Source: Squalus acanthias
Lineage: Eukaryota
Assembly (NCBI GenBank): GCA_030390025.1
Contig: JASTWF010000033.1
Coordinates: forward strand, 2,606,001-2,670,000
DNA length: 64,000 nucleotides
Direction of reading: 5' to 3'
Position 1 is the stretch's first letter, and each line of letters opens with the position of its first letter. The notes beneath the pieces are model-generated. The model ran no database searches. It was given only the letters and a program-made list of their open reading frames with translations, and had not been told where the DNA came from. Made by a program: the position numbers and the translations under genes. Positions 34,540-47,550 of this stretch are shown piece by piece.

Positions 34540-37500
34540 TGTATATGACCCCTGGGGAACACACGTGTGTACCTTCCTCCATTCAGAAAAACATCCGTTC
34601 ACTAATACTCTCTGTTTCCTGTCACTTTGCCAATTTCGTATTCAGCCTGCCACGTTCCCTTTTATTCCATGGCTTTCAACTTTGCTGGCACTTTTTCCAA
34701 CGCTTTTTTGAAATCCATCTACACTACTTCAACCGCATTGCCCTCATCAACCCTCTCTGTTACCTCATCAAATAACTCGATCAAGTTGTTAAAGCACGAT
34801 TTGCCTTTAACAAATCCGTGCTGGCTTTCCCTAATTAATCAACACCTATCCAGGTGACTGTTAATTTTGTCCCTGATCACTGGTTCTAAAAGCTTCCCCA
34901 CTACCGAGGTTAAACTGACTGGCCTGTAGTTGCCCCGTTTATCTTTACGCCCTTTTTTGAGCAATGGTTTAACATTTGCAATTCTCCAGTCGTCTGGCAC
35001 CAACACCGTAGCTATGGAGGATTGGAAATTGTGGCCAGTACCTCCACGATTTCCACCCTCAATTCTCTCAGTATCCTAGTTTGCATCCAATCCGCTCCAG
35101 GTGATTTATCTACTTTAAGTACAGACAACCCTTCTAATAACTCGACTTTATCATGTTTTTCCTTTCCAGAGTCTCCACTACAGCTATGGCAGAATCATCT
35201 TCCTTGGTGACGACAGATGCAAAGTACAAATTTAATACCTCCGCCATCCCCTCTGCCTCTATGCATAAGTCTCCTTTTTGGTCCCTAATAGGCTCCACCC
35301 CTAACCTTTCTAAGCTTTTGCTATTTATATGCCTATAGAAGACTTTTGTATTAGCTTTTATTAAGGATGCCATTCTAATCTCACACCCTCTCCTTGCCCC
35401 ACTTGTTTTCTTTTTCACTTCTCCGCAGACCTTACTGTAAATAGCCTGATTTTCAGATGTATTTGCAACATGACATCTGCCATACATGCTCTTTTTCTGC
35501 TTCATCGTATTCTCTGTCTGCTTCGTCATCCAGGGATCACAGATTTTGTTTGCCCTGCCATTCCGCCTAGTGGGAATGTACCACAATTGTACCTGCACTA
35601 TTTCCTCTTTACAAGCATCCCATTGTTCCATTTCAGTACAGAGAAGAACTGAGAAAGGAAATAAGAGGTGCAACTAAGACAGGTACTGTAGTTATCCACA
35701 TTGATGGCTAAAACAGGAAGGCAGATTATTATCTGAACGGCAATAGATTGGGAAAAGGGGAAGTGCAACGAGACCTGGGTTTCCTTGTGCACCAGTCGCT
35801 GAATGTAAGCATGCAGGTGCAGCAGGCGGTTAAGAAGGCAAATAGTATGTTAGCATTCATAGCGACAGGTTTCGAGTACAGGAGCAAGGAGGTCTTGCTG
35901 CAGTTGTACAGGGCTTTGGTGAGACCACATCTTGAGTATTCTGTGCAGTTTTGTTCGCCTTATCTGAGGAAGGATGTTCTTGCCATGGAGGGAGTGCAGC
36001 GAAGATTCACCATACTGATACCTGGGAAGGCAGGAATGACGTATGAAGAGAGATTGGGTCGATTGGGCTTATATTCGCTGGAGTTTAGAAAAATGAGAGG
36101 GTATCTCATTCAAACTTATAAAATTCTAACAGGACTAGACAGACTAGATGCAGGAAGGATGTTCCCGATGTCGGGGGAGTCCAGAACTAGGGGTCAGAGT
36201 CTAAGGATAAGGGGTAAGCCATTTAGGACTGAGATGAGGAGGATTTTCTTCACCCAGAGAGTGGTGAACCTGTGGAATGCTCTACCACAGAAGACAGTTG
36301 AGTACAATTCATTAAATATATTCAAGAAGGAGTTAGATATATTTCTTAAGGCTAAGGGGATCAGGGGATATGTGGAGAAAGCAGGGACAGGGTACTGAAT
36401 TTGGATGATCAGCCATGTTCGCATTGAATGTCGGAGCAGGCTCGAGAGGCCGAATGGCCTGCTCCTGCTCCTATCTTCTATGTTTCTATGTTTCCAGTAC
36501 AGTGGTAATATTTCTGGACCAGTAATCCAAAGATCCGAACTAATGATCCGGAGATATAAGTTCAAAATCCCACAACAGCCGGGGAATTTCATTCAGTTAA
36601 TTAATCAAATCTGGAATAAAAAGCTAGTATCAGTAAGGATGACCATGAAACTATCGGATTGTCATATTTAACCCACGTGGTTCATTAATATCCTTTCGGG
36701 AAGGAAATCTGTCCCCCTTACTCGGTATGGCCTATATGTAACTCCAGACCCCACAGCAAGTTTGGTTGACGCTTAACTACCTCTCTCAAAAAGTCACTCA
36801 ATTTCAAGAAGGCGGTTCAGCACCAACTTGTCAAGGGTACTTAGGGATACGCAATAAATGTTGGCTTTGCCAGCGACACCCACAGCTCGTTAATTGATAT
36901 AAAAGAAGAGAGTGTATGAGCGGGAATCAAAAAAGGGGACACAAAATATTTCATAACCATATAAGTAGTAATAAGTTAACGAAAGGAAGGGTGGGGCCGG
37001 TTAGGGACCAACAAGGAGGGCCTATATCTGTTTTCCCCAAAGAAGAGGATGCTGCGAATGTCACATTGAAGGCAGAGGTACTAGAGGAATAGGATAGGAT
37101 AAAATCGATAGAAGGGTGGCTGAGCTCAAATTATAAAAGTCATCCGCTTCGGATTATATGCATCCTAGGTTGCTGCGGGAAGTAAAGGTGGAAATTGAGG
37201 AGGTTCTGGCAATAATCTTCCAATTCTCCATGGATATGTGAGTGGTGCCAGAGTCAATTACAGGCTAGGCAGCCTAACGTTGGTGGTGGGGAATTTTGTA
37301 GATTCAGTAATCCATGACAAAATTAATTGGCACTTGGGAATATTTGGAGTAATAAATGAAAGCCCGCACGGATTTGTTAAAAGCAAATCGTGTTTGACTA
37401 ACTTGATTGAGTTTTTGATAAAGACACGGAAAATGCTGATAAGTCGATTGAATTGATGTTCTGTATATGGATTTTCAAAAAGCGAGTTATAAAGTCCCAC

Positions 37501-37590
37501 GTAATAGGCTTGTTAGCAAAATTGAACTCATGGGATTAGTGGGACTGTGGTTGCGTGGATACGGAATTGGTTATGGGACAGAAAGCAGAA
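34540..37590. mobile_element. CR1 fragments: 34540-35640(-), 35690-36492(+), 36900-37590(+), with a SINE-like piece at ~36510-36900
   Basis: RT-related ORFs 35134-35673, 35748-36398 and 37238-37456; CR1 tail at ~36480. Confidence 0.75.
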
Positions 37591-39782
37591 TATAAGAATA
37601 TAAGAAGTAGGAGAAGGATTAGAACACTTGGCCCCTGGAGCCTGCTCCGCCATTCAACAAGATAATGGCCCAGAAATTGATCTCGCTCTGTTCCCGCGGG
37701 GGTAAGGAGCAGACGCGATCTCTCACTCTGCGTTGGCTTTTTCTGATCCAGCTCGCACGAACTTGATGTTCTAGACATCAGCTGGGCAGTGCTTGCGTAC
37801 CCCACCGGCGTAGTGAATTCGTTCGAGCTGTGGGATCACGTGACTCAGTTAGAGCCAATGGCAGCACACCATCTTCCATTCATAAGTTTCACATACGTGC
37901 TGTGAAAGCTATGAATCTTACACCCCCCCAAAATAACAGCTAAACCTCAATTAAATTAAAAAAAAACATCACATTAATAAAATAAGTATAGTTAAATAAA
38001 TTAACCATTTTAAATAAAAAATTAAATTTTTGAAAAAATTTAAAATCTTTTAAAAAGTTATAAAAATAAACTTACCTGTCTTTAAAGTCTCTAAAAAAGA
38101 TATACCTGTTACAAAAAATTCAAAATAATACTTAATTCACTACTTACCTTGTTAAAAGTGGGTCTTACTCCTCCTTTTTTCATTTCTAAAATCATCCGTC
38201 CTTACCTGCGCGTCCAAAGCACTAAGTGCACAGCGTGCGCGCAGCCTGTAGCGCGCACGCGGTGCACCGAGGAACCGCCCCCTTTTCCAAAGACCAAATG
38301 CCGGTTTTCAGCGCATGCGCAGTGCATGCAGAAAACCGGCAATTGGAGAGAGAATACGCGAGAGTACGCAGCGTGTACTCTCGCGCAGCGGGATCAATTT
38401 TTGGCCCAAATGGCTAATCTTGGGCTCAAAGCCACTTACCTTCCCGCTCCCCATAACATTTCGCTCCCTTATCTTGCAAAAATCTGTCTATCTCCACCTT
38501 AAATGTATTTAATAACCCAGCCTCCACGGCTTTCTGAGGCAGTGAAATCCCCAGATTTACGAACCTCTGAGAGAGGAAAGTTCTCCTCTTCTCAGCTCTA
38601 AGAGAGCGACCCTTCATTCTGAAACTACGCCCCCGAGTTCTAGATCTCCCCACGAGGGGGAACTTCCTCTCTGCATTTATCTTGTAAATCCCCCTCAGTA
38701 TCTTATATGTTTCATAAGATCAACTCTGTTTCTTCTAAATTCCAATGTGTGTAGCCCCAACCTGCTCATACATTCTTCATAAGTCAACCCCCTCATCTCA
38801 GGAATCAACCGAGTGAATCGTCTCTGAAATGCCTCCAATGCAAGTATATCCTTCCTTAAATAAGGAGACCAAACTGTACACAGTACTCAAGGTGTGGTCT
38901 CACCAATACCCTGTACAGTTGTAGCAGGACTTCCCTGATTTTATACTCCAACCCCCTTGAAATAAACGCCAACATTCCATTTGCCTTTTTGATTACATGC
39001 TGTACCTGTATGGTAACTTTTTCTGTTTCATGTACAAGGATCCCCAGGTCCCTCTGAACTGTAGCATTTTGTAATCTCTCTCCACTTAAATAATAATTTG
39101 CTTCTTTATTTTTCCTGCCAAAGTGGATAACCTCACACTTTCCCACATTATACTCCATCTGCCAAATGATTGCCCAATCACTTAGCCGGTCTATATCCCT
39201 TTGCAGATTCTTTGTGTCCTCTGCACAATTTGCTTTCCCACCCATCTTTGCATCATCTGCAAACTTGGCTACTTTACACTCGGTGCCTTCATCCATGTTA
39301 TTAAAGTAGATTGTAAATAGTTGAGACCCCAGCACCGATCACTGTGGGACCCCACTAGTTACCGTTTCAAAACCGGAAAATGACCCATTTATCCCGATTC
39401 TCTGCTTTCTGTTAGTTTGCCAATTCTCTATCCATATTAATATATTACCCCCAACTCCAAGTGCATTTATCTTATGCAGTAACCTTTTAGGTGGCACCTT
39501 ACCTAATGCCTTCTGGAAATCCAAATATACCACATTCACTGGCTCACCCTTATCCACCCTACTCGTTACATCCTCAAAGAACTGCAGAAATTTTTAAACA
39601 TGATTTCCCTTTCATAAAACCATGCTGACTTTGCTTGAAAATATTATATTTTTCCAAATGCCCTGCTACTGCTTCCTTAATGAAGGACTCCAGCATTTTC
39701 CCAACGATAGATGTTAGGCTAACTGGTCTATAGTTTCTTGCTTCCTGTCTCCCTCCTTTCTAAAATAGGGGTGTTACATTTC
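37590..39782 (-). mobile_element. CR1 LINE 3' portion, split in its 3'UTR by MITE B
   Basis: RT ORFs 38856-39335 and 39339-39557; the 3'UTR motif continues across 37666/38408. Confidence 0.85.
37667..38407 (+). mobile_element. Harbinger-like MITE copy B (741 bp)
   Basis: TIRs GGCCCAGAAATTGATC ... GATCAATTTTTGGCCC; cleanly interrupts a CR1 3'UTR; aat-like flanks. Confidence 0.78.
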
Positions 39783-40279
39783 CAGAGAGTAAAGGTAAAC
39801 AGTTATTTTTTTCAGATTAGACGGAAGTGTGCAGTCGTGTCCCCCAGTGGTCGGTGTTGGGACCACTGCACTTTTTGATATATACGAATAAACTGGACTT
39901 GGCTATACAGAGAATAATTTCAGAGTTTGCAGATGACACTTATCTCGGAAAAGTCGTAAACAGATTTCAGGAGTACATCGGCATATTGATGAAATGGGCA
40001 GTCACATAGCAGACGAAATTTATCGCAGAAAAGTGTGAAGTGATTCAATTTGATAGGAAGAATGAGGAGCGGCTTCTTCGGCAGCACCTCCCAGACCCGC
40101 GACGTCTTCCATCTAGAAGGCCAAGGGCAACAGGCGCATGGGCACACCACCAACTCCAAGTTCCCCTCCAAGTCACACATCATCCTGACCTGAAAGTATA
40201 TCGCCGTTCCTATATCCTCGCTGGTCAAAATCCTGGCACTCCCTCCCGAAAAGCACTGTGGGAGTACCTTCTCAACACC

Positions 40280-42385
40280 ATTAGTTTAATGTGCTGTATT
40301 AGTTTGAGGGGCTGTATTAGTTTCAGGTGCCGTATTAGTTTGAGGTGCTGTATTAGTTTGAGGTGCTGTATTAGTTTGGGGTGCTGCATATGTTTGTGGT
40401 GCTGTATTAGTTTGAGAGGCTGTATTAGTTTGAGGGCCTGTATTAGTTTGAGGTGCTCTATTAGTTTGTGATGCTGTATTAGTTTGAGGGGCTGTATTAG
40501 TTTGAGGGGCAGTATTAGTTTGACGTGCTGTATTAGTTTGACGTGCTGTATTAGTTTGAGGTGCTGTATCAGTTTGAGGGGCTGTATTAATTTGAGGGGC
40601 TGTATTAGTTTCAGGTGCTGTATTAGTTTGAGGGGCTGTATTAGTTTGAGTGGCTGTATTAGATTGAGGTACTGCATTAATTTTACGTGCTGTATCAGTT
40701 TGAGGTGCTGTATTAGTTGGAGCTTCTGTATTAGTTGGAGCTGCTGGTTTAGTTTTAGTTGTTGTATTAGTTTGAGGGCCTGTATCAGTTTGAGGGAATG
40801 TACTAGTTTGAGGTGTTGTATCAGTTTGAGGTGCTGTATTAGTTTCATATACTCTATTAGTTTCAGTTGCTGTATTGTTTTCAGATAATGGTCCAGAAAT
40901 TCGGGACTCCACGGGTGAGTACGCGCTGTGTACTCACCGGTAAGGCTGACGAAAGTGCCGATTTCGCGCATGCACTGCGCATGCGCAGGAAACCGGAACT
41001 TCCGTTCACTTGAAGGAAGGGGTGCACAGGTCAAACGCGTGCGCCGGAGAGGCAGCGCGTAGACATGGAACTTCGGCTTTTTTTTACAGGTTTCTCCGTT
41101 CGGGTAAGTCCCTAGCAGCTGCGTGTAGAAAAAGAAGGTGCAAGGCCTGCTTTTAACAAGGTAAGGGGTGAATTAAGTAAAAATGAAACATTTTTTCCAC
41201 AGGTTTATAATTTTTAAATACTTTAATAAAAGGTAAGTTTATTTTTTGCCCCGCTAAAAACTTTAATACATTTTTTCAAAAATTTAAATTTTTGTTTAAA
41301 GTAGTTAATTTATGTAATTTATAGTTATTTTAAAAATGTGATGTTTTTTAAAAAATGTATTTGAAGTTTTACTTCGGTTTTGGGTCCGACGTCTATTCAT
41401 AGATTTGACTGGTCTTCCTGTCAAATCTATGAATGGAGATTCCCTGCTCCGATTAGCTCCCCATGGCCCACGTCATCCCAGGTGACACTGCAAACTAGCT
41501 TCGCCGCTGGGATATGCGAGCACTGCACACGGGCAGCTGCAGGAGGCCCACGATCGGAATTCCACGCGGGCGCACAGCACAACCACAGGCGCGCTATGTA
41601 AGTGCACACGCTATGCTTACACCCGCGGGAAGCCTCCGACCCGAATTTCTGGGCCATTGTTAGTTTGAGTTGATTTATTAGTTTGAGTTGCTTTATTAGT
41701 TAATGGTCCGGCATTAGGTTCAGGTTCTGTATTCGTTTGAAGTGCTGCATTAATTTGAGTCGTTATATTAAGTTGATGTGCTCTATGAGTTTGAGGAACT
41801 CTATTCGTTTGAGGCGATGTATCAGTTTGAAATGCTGTAGTATTTTGAGTTGCTTTATTCGTTAAAGAAGCTGTCTTAGTTTGAGTTGCTTTTTAGTTTG
41901 AGATTCTTTATTAATTTGATACAGTATTATTTAGATGTGCTTTGCTAGTTTCTGATCCTATATTGGTATGCAGTGCTGTATTTGGTTGAACTGTTTAATT
42001 AGTTTGAGGCGTTTATTATTTAAGGTATGGTATTTTTTTGAGATGCTGTTTTAGTTTGAGGTACTGTATTAGCTTGAGTTGCTCTGTTAGTTTGAGGTTC
42101 TGTAAAACTTTGATGTGCTGTTTTAGTTTTGAGGTACATTATTAATTTGAAGGTCTGTATTAATTTGAACTGCAGTATTAGTTTAATGTGGTGTATCAGT
42201 TTGTGGGGCTGTATTAGTTCCAGCTATGACAGGTTTTGAGGGGCTGTATGAGTTTGAGGGGCTGCCTGAGTTTGAGGGGCTGCCTGAGTTTGAGGTGCTT
42301 CATCAGTTTGAGGGGCTGTATCAGTTTGAGCGGTTGTATCAGTTTGATGGGCTGTATGAGTTTGTGGGGCTGTGTGAGTTTGAGA
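40280..42385. repeat. 18-bp minisatellite (TATTAGTTTGAGGTGCTG), homogeneous 40280-40885 and degenerate 41657-42385, split by MITE C
   Basis: Direct reading; 6-aa periodic ORFs (LKLIQH / TAPQTN / CCISLR). Confidence 0.92.
40890..41655 (-). mobile_element. Harbinger-like MITE copy C (766 bp), inverted relative to A and B
   Basis: Ends GGTCCAGAAATTCGGG ... CCGAATTTCTGGGCC; gcgcatgcactgcgcatgcgcaggaaaccggaacttccgttc mirrors ~33026-33067. Confidence 0.8.
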
Positions 42386-42625
42386 CACTTCATTCGAAGT
42401 TTTTTATGTCTATGTTTGTAATCGTTAAAACGCTATCTCGCCTATTACTGATTTAAATAAAGATTTCATGAAGATTTTGTTAACAAACCTGATTGATACA
42501 AGAGTCATTTATGATATAACCGCCCTAAATTGAGCAGCCCAAATTTTTCACAGTTAGCTTGTCTAACTCTGTGACCTGTAGTCACAAAACCCGCACTTTA
42601 TTTGGGTAATTGAATGGAAGCAGAT

Positions 42626-42830
42626 AAAGAGGGCAGCCACACCCGAGAGTGCAGCAGAGAACCCCTGAGAGGATACTCTAACATGTATAATTTAATTACC
42701 GAATGGCCCCAGTTAAAGAGTGCAGCCACGTCCCAGAGTGCAGCAGAGCAGCCCTGAGAGGTTCACATTAACATTTAGAATTTAATTACAAAATAGCTTC
42801 AGTTAAAGAGGCCAGCCACAACCCAGAGTG
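42626..42830. repeat. ~89-bp tandem repeat, ~2.3 copies
   Basis: taaagag..cagccac...agagtg recurs at ~42626, ~42714 and ~42804. Confidence 0.7.
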
Positions 42831-43149
42831 GTTATTGAACCGTTCATTTCGGTAACTGATTGAGGTTTGACGGACCAGTTCTTACCCATGATTCAAAGTC
42901 TCTACACATGCAACTTGCACCTATATCTGTCCTTAGCTCAGTGTGGTGTGTTACTGCGCGGAGAGGCACGTATAACTGAAAATCATACATACCGGGTTTC
43001 ATTATGCAGAGATCAGTCCGCGGGCTGTTAATAATAACATTAGTTAACTCTTAATAATGAAATATATAGTGCACTGCTTCAATAATAAACTACTTTAATA
43101 TCTGCATTGTTATGAAGAAACTGCTGACTGTGATTAATCAATACTCAAG

Positions 43150-44700
43150 ATACAGAGAACTACATAGAATTTACAGCACAGAGACAGGCCATTGGGCCCA
43201 ACTGAATTATGTCGGTGTTTATTCTCCACACGAGCCTCTGCCCATCCCAGCCCATCTCAACCCATCAGAATATCCATCTGATCCTTTCTCCCTCATGTAC
43301 TTATCGATCTTCCCCTTAAATGCATCTATGCTGTTCATCTCAACTACTCCATGTGGTAGCAAGTTCCACATCCTAATCACTCTCTGAGTAAAGATTCGCT
43401 CCTGAAAACCTCTTTGGATTTATTAGTGACTGTCATATATTGATTATCACCAGTTTTGGTCTCGCTCACAAGAAAAAATATCTTCTCCACGTCTATCCTA
43501 TCAGACTCCAGCATCATTTCGAAGACCTCTATTAAGTCACCCCTCAGCCTTTTCTTGCCTAGAGAAAAGAGCCCAGCCAGTTCAATCTTACCTGATAGTT
43601 ACAATCTCTCAATTCTGGTATCATCCTTGTAAAAAAATGCACCTTCTCCAGTGCCTAGAAATCCTTTTTGTAATATGATGATCAGAACCCCCAGTGCTTT
43701 GTTTGCATGTTTATGGCCTTGTTGAACAGCATTGCTGCTTTAAATGAGATGCGAATCTGCATCCTTGAAAACCTCTGCCCCTCTGCCCGATTTAGTCTCT
43801 TATTTTCCAATGAGTTTTTGTGATCCCGATCCATTCTACCAAAATGCACCATTTCACACGTCTCTATTTTGAAATTCATTTGTCATTTGAACGCCCATTC
43901 CGCAAGTTTATTACTACCTTCAGGTATTTTTTTCATTCTTCCTCTGTATTAACTCGATTCTCAATTTGGATTCGTCTGCTTATTTTGCATTTGTGGTTCT
44001 GCTTCCCGAGTCCATATCGTTTATGTAAATGGTGAACAACAGTGATTCCAGGGCCGATCCTTGTGGAACTCCACTTCTCACCTTCCGCCAATCTCAGTAA
44101 ATACCTTTAACCCCTGATCCATGTTTTATGTTTTTGTAGCCAGCTTGATGTCCAATCTGCTGCTTGTACCCTAACTCTGTTTGCTCTGGGAATAGTCATG
44201 AGCCTGTGATGTGGTACCTTATAGGAGGCCTTTTAAAAATCAAAGTATATTTCAGCTACTACATTACCCGTATCTACTCGTTCTGATCATTATTCGAATA
44301 ACTCAATAAGATTGGTCAGGCATAACATTCCCTTTTGGAATGCACGCTGACTGTGCTTTATTATTTTGTTCTGTTTCAAGATGTTTTTCTATTACATTTT
44401 TGAGCGAGGATTCCATTCCCTTTCCGATCACCGAAGTTATGCTAACTGGTCTGTAGTTCCTTGGACTTGATATATCTTGCATATTAAATACAGGAATAAC
44501 ATAATATGTCCACCGTCCTCGAGCACTATTCTCTCTTCTAATGATTTGTTTACGAATATATAGTAGTGCCTTTGCTAGTTCCTCTATTTGTTTTAATATG
44601 GGACAGTGCAATCCATCCGAACCACAGGTTTAATCCTCTCTTTGACTAGTTTATAAACTGTCTCCCCCTTTCAAACTTAAATATCTTGAAGTTGTTTTCT
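43150..44700 (-). mobile_element. Degraded CR1 LINE
   Basis: RNYRPVSITSVIGK and CEMVHFGR remnants; CR1 3' end at ~43150-43390. Confidence 0.7.
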
Positions 44701-45189
44701 GATTTTTTTCAATTATTATTTGACAATTTAGTTCCTCTCCACACAGATATCTCTCCGTTCTTCAGGCTCTGAATACTCATCCAAACGTTCATTCTGCACC
44801 TACTCTCCCACGACACATGTGAGTTCCTTCCTTCTGAGGTCGGCGCTGCGCTCCAGATTTCCATTTATATTTCTGCCCATGTAAGTCCACCCCTTTCTGG
44901 CCCAAAAGTGCAGTAAACTCGAACATCCTTTAATCTCACATTTATCGGGATCTTGCCTGACAAACAAAATGAGTTCATTGCCCGGCCAGTTCCTCTCCAC
45001 CGTCTCTCGCTGGTACATTCTGCGGCCCTATTTGGAAAAATTAGATCAGTTCCATTCACTCGCCTTCCCCCTGGAAATCCTCTCTCCCTCACCGGCACTG
45101 GGCTGGGAAAGTAAACTCTCACAGCTTCCTGATCCTGTCCCTAGTGCAGTGCCCCTGCTGCAATGTACAGGTGCGTGGACCGCGGGTGT

Positions 45190-45590
45190 AAACACTGGCA
45201 TATTCCCACACTCAAATGATGTCGCTATGGGAGTCCCTATGAGTCCGAGCTAGGCATATTTTTCGTAGAATACGTGGAACATTCTTTGCCTCCAATTTAA
45301 GTACCTGCCTCGTCCATCTCTGACATTTCCCTCGCATTCCTCGACTTTGCGGTCTATATTTCAGAGGATAGGCTTTCCACCATTATCTATGGAAAGCCCA
45401 CCGACTCGCAACGCTAACTTGATTATAGTTCCTCCCACCCAGCTTCCTAGAAGGACTCTATTCGATTCTCCCAGTTTTTCTGCATCCACTGCATCTGTTC
45501 CGATGATGCCACATTTTGCACAAGTGCTTCCTAAATATCTTCAATTTTCCTCAGCCGAGGATTCCTCTCTACTGTGGTTGACAGGGCCCT
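45190..45590 (+). mobile_element. Degraded Penelope RT remnant
   Basis: gtcgctatggg (VAMG), aagcccaccgactc and gcatctgttccgatgatgccac are homologous to the reverse complement of ~4350-4850. Confidence 0.7.
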
Positions 45591-45695
45591 CTACCTGGTG
45601 GCCAAGGCAACGGCGGATCTGCTGGTCATTATAACTGAGGTCTTTCTGTGGTGGATCAGTTGTTATTTTCCCCGGGATCTATCGTGGCCATCACC

Positions 45696-45935
45696 CCTGT
45701 GTGTGGTGCTATCTTTGTCCCTGTATGTAGTGCTATCTTTGTCCCTGTGTGTAGTGCTATCTTTGTCCCTGTGTGTAGTGCTATCTTTGTCATTGCGTGT
45801 AGTGCTATATTTGTCCCTGTGTGTAGTGCTATTTTTGTCCCTGTGTGTAGTGCTATATTTGTCCCTTTGTGTCGTGCTATCTGTGTCCCTGTGTGTAGTG
45901 CTATCTTTGTCCCTGTGTGTAGTGCTATCTTTCTC
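45696..45935. repeat. 24-bp minisatellite, 10 units (CCTGTGTGTAGTGCTATCTTTGTC = PVCSAIFV)
   Basis: Direct reading; in frame with the GPCR TM3 start. Confidence 0.93.
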
Positions 45936-46118
45936 TTGATTTATGCAGCCGCAGACTATTTTGTCTTGTTCACCACATTTTGACCTTTGAGCGATTTGTG
46001 GCCATTTGTTGCCAGAAGTTGAAAACAACATATTGCACCAAACAAACTGCGGCTGTGGTTCGAGCAATAACCTGCATTCTGCTCTGTTTTCAAAAACGTT
46101 CCCTTCTAATTTATATGT

Positions 46119-46542
46119 GAACATAGAAACATAGAATCTAGGAGCAGGAGTAGGCCATTCAGCCCGTCGAGCCTGCTCCACCATTCAATACGATCATGGC
46201 TGATCATCCAAATCCAGCACCCTGTCCCCTGCTTTAATCCCCACAGTACACATATCCCACCCTACCCCCGTAACCCCAAGTATTTAATTCCCCCTAACAT
46301 ATCCCATCCTATCCACATAACCCCACATATTTAATCCCCCCCTAACACTAAGGGTCAATTTATCATAGCCAAATCAACCTAACCCGCACATTTTTGGACT
46401 GTGGGAGGAAACCGGAGCACCCGGAGGAAACCCACGCAGACAATGTGCAATCTCCACACAGACAGTCACCCGAGGTCAGATTCGAACCCGGGTCCCTGGC
46501 GCTGTGAAGCACCAGTGCTAACCACTATGCCACCGTGTTGCC
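46119..46542 (-). mobile_element. HE1-type V-SINE (tRNA head, V domain, CR1-derived tail)
   Basis: Minus strand: GGGCAACACGGTGGCATAGTGGTTAGCACT...GGTTCGAATC head; gtctgcgtgggtttcctccgggtgctccggtttcctcccaca V-domain; CR1 3'UTR and (ttctatgt)n tail. Confidence 0.85.
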
Positions 46543-47392
46543 CTAGATGGATATTCGACAATGTACAGTGGTTCTGTAATGTAAAGCCAAAATATTATAC
46601 CGAGCCCGAATGGGTGGTACTGGACTGGTTTGATACGATTTTTAACCTCATTGCTCCCATTCAATTTAATATTGTTTGTCAACGCTCTGACAGTCAGACT
46701 CATTTTTGTGGCCAGTCGAGTCCGGAAGTGACTGAAGGGTGAGAGCAAGAGAGAGAATGGCAGAGACCAAGAGATGGAGACTAGAAAGAAGTCTGTGATT
46801 TTACTCTTCACCATTTCTGGCATCTTCCTACTTCTGTGGTTAATATGTGTTATCGATTTCTTATATTATATAATTTCAGGAACAAATCACCAAAATGACA
46901 GTGTTTTTTTATATATCTTTAAACAACTCTGATTTATGCTGCGCAGTTTAAGTTGCTGCACAAACACATTTATTTAGGTGGTGACCCAGTCCAAGTTCAG
47001 AGTGCCGTTGAAGAGCGCGGTGAAATATCCGCTTACCTCAATTATTCAATGAATTAATAATCAGAACAACTGAGCGCAGCACATGGGCGAGGCCCACTGT
47101 TTCCAGTCCATGAATGTAATACTTAACACAGAGTGTTGATGCATAAGGGAGAGAGAGAAGTTACAGATTAACCCAACAACCAGAGTAACATTATCTGGTT
47201 AGTTAGTGTGTTCATAGTTGTCCAAGAAATCAGCAAGAGATTAATATATAAGGCCATGTTTACTGAAGGGACCAATCATGGGAAAGATGGGACAATTCAA
47301 GATTTCTATGAAAAAACAGTGAATAAAAAGAAACAGTTTATCTTTTTGGAAATTCAGTGAGAAGAACGAATGGTGAGATTAAATTCTGCTCC

Positions 47393-47550
47393 GTCTGCTG
47401 ATGATACTCCGCTTGTACATTTCATTGTCTGCAGTCTGATAATGATACTCCGCTTGTACATTACATTTTTTACTGTCTGATGATGATACACTGCTTGTGC
47501 ATTACATTTTATGCTGTCTGCTGATGATACTCCTCCTGTACATTACATTT
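47393..47550. repeat. ~41-bp tandem repeat x4
   Basis: gtctg(c/a)t(g/a)atgatac...tgt(a/g)catt(a/t)catt repeated four times. Confidence 0.8.

Larger units (their letters stand above)
45591..47073 (+). pseudogene. GPR139-like class A GPCR pseudogene (TM2-TM7), 5'-truncated
   Basis: YLVAKATADLLVIITEV (TM2); FERFVAICCQKLKTTYCT (TM3/DRY-like); WFDTI..LLPF.LILFVNALTVR (TM5); EMETRKKSVILLFTISG (TM6); SCCTNTFI*VVTQSKFR (TM7). Carries several stops, frameshifts, a minisatellite and a SINE insertion. Confidence 0.85.

Noticed and set aside
40225..41034. Repetitive ORFs (LKLIQH, TAPQTN mucin-like, CCISLR)
   Set aside because: Translations of the 18-bp minisatellite.
44730..45190. Short ORFs in a non-repetitive-looking stretch
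   Set aside because: No recognisable domain; sandwiched between decayed elements.
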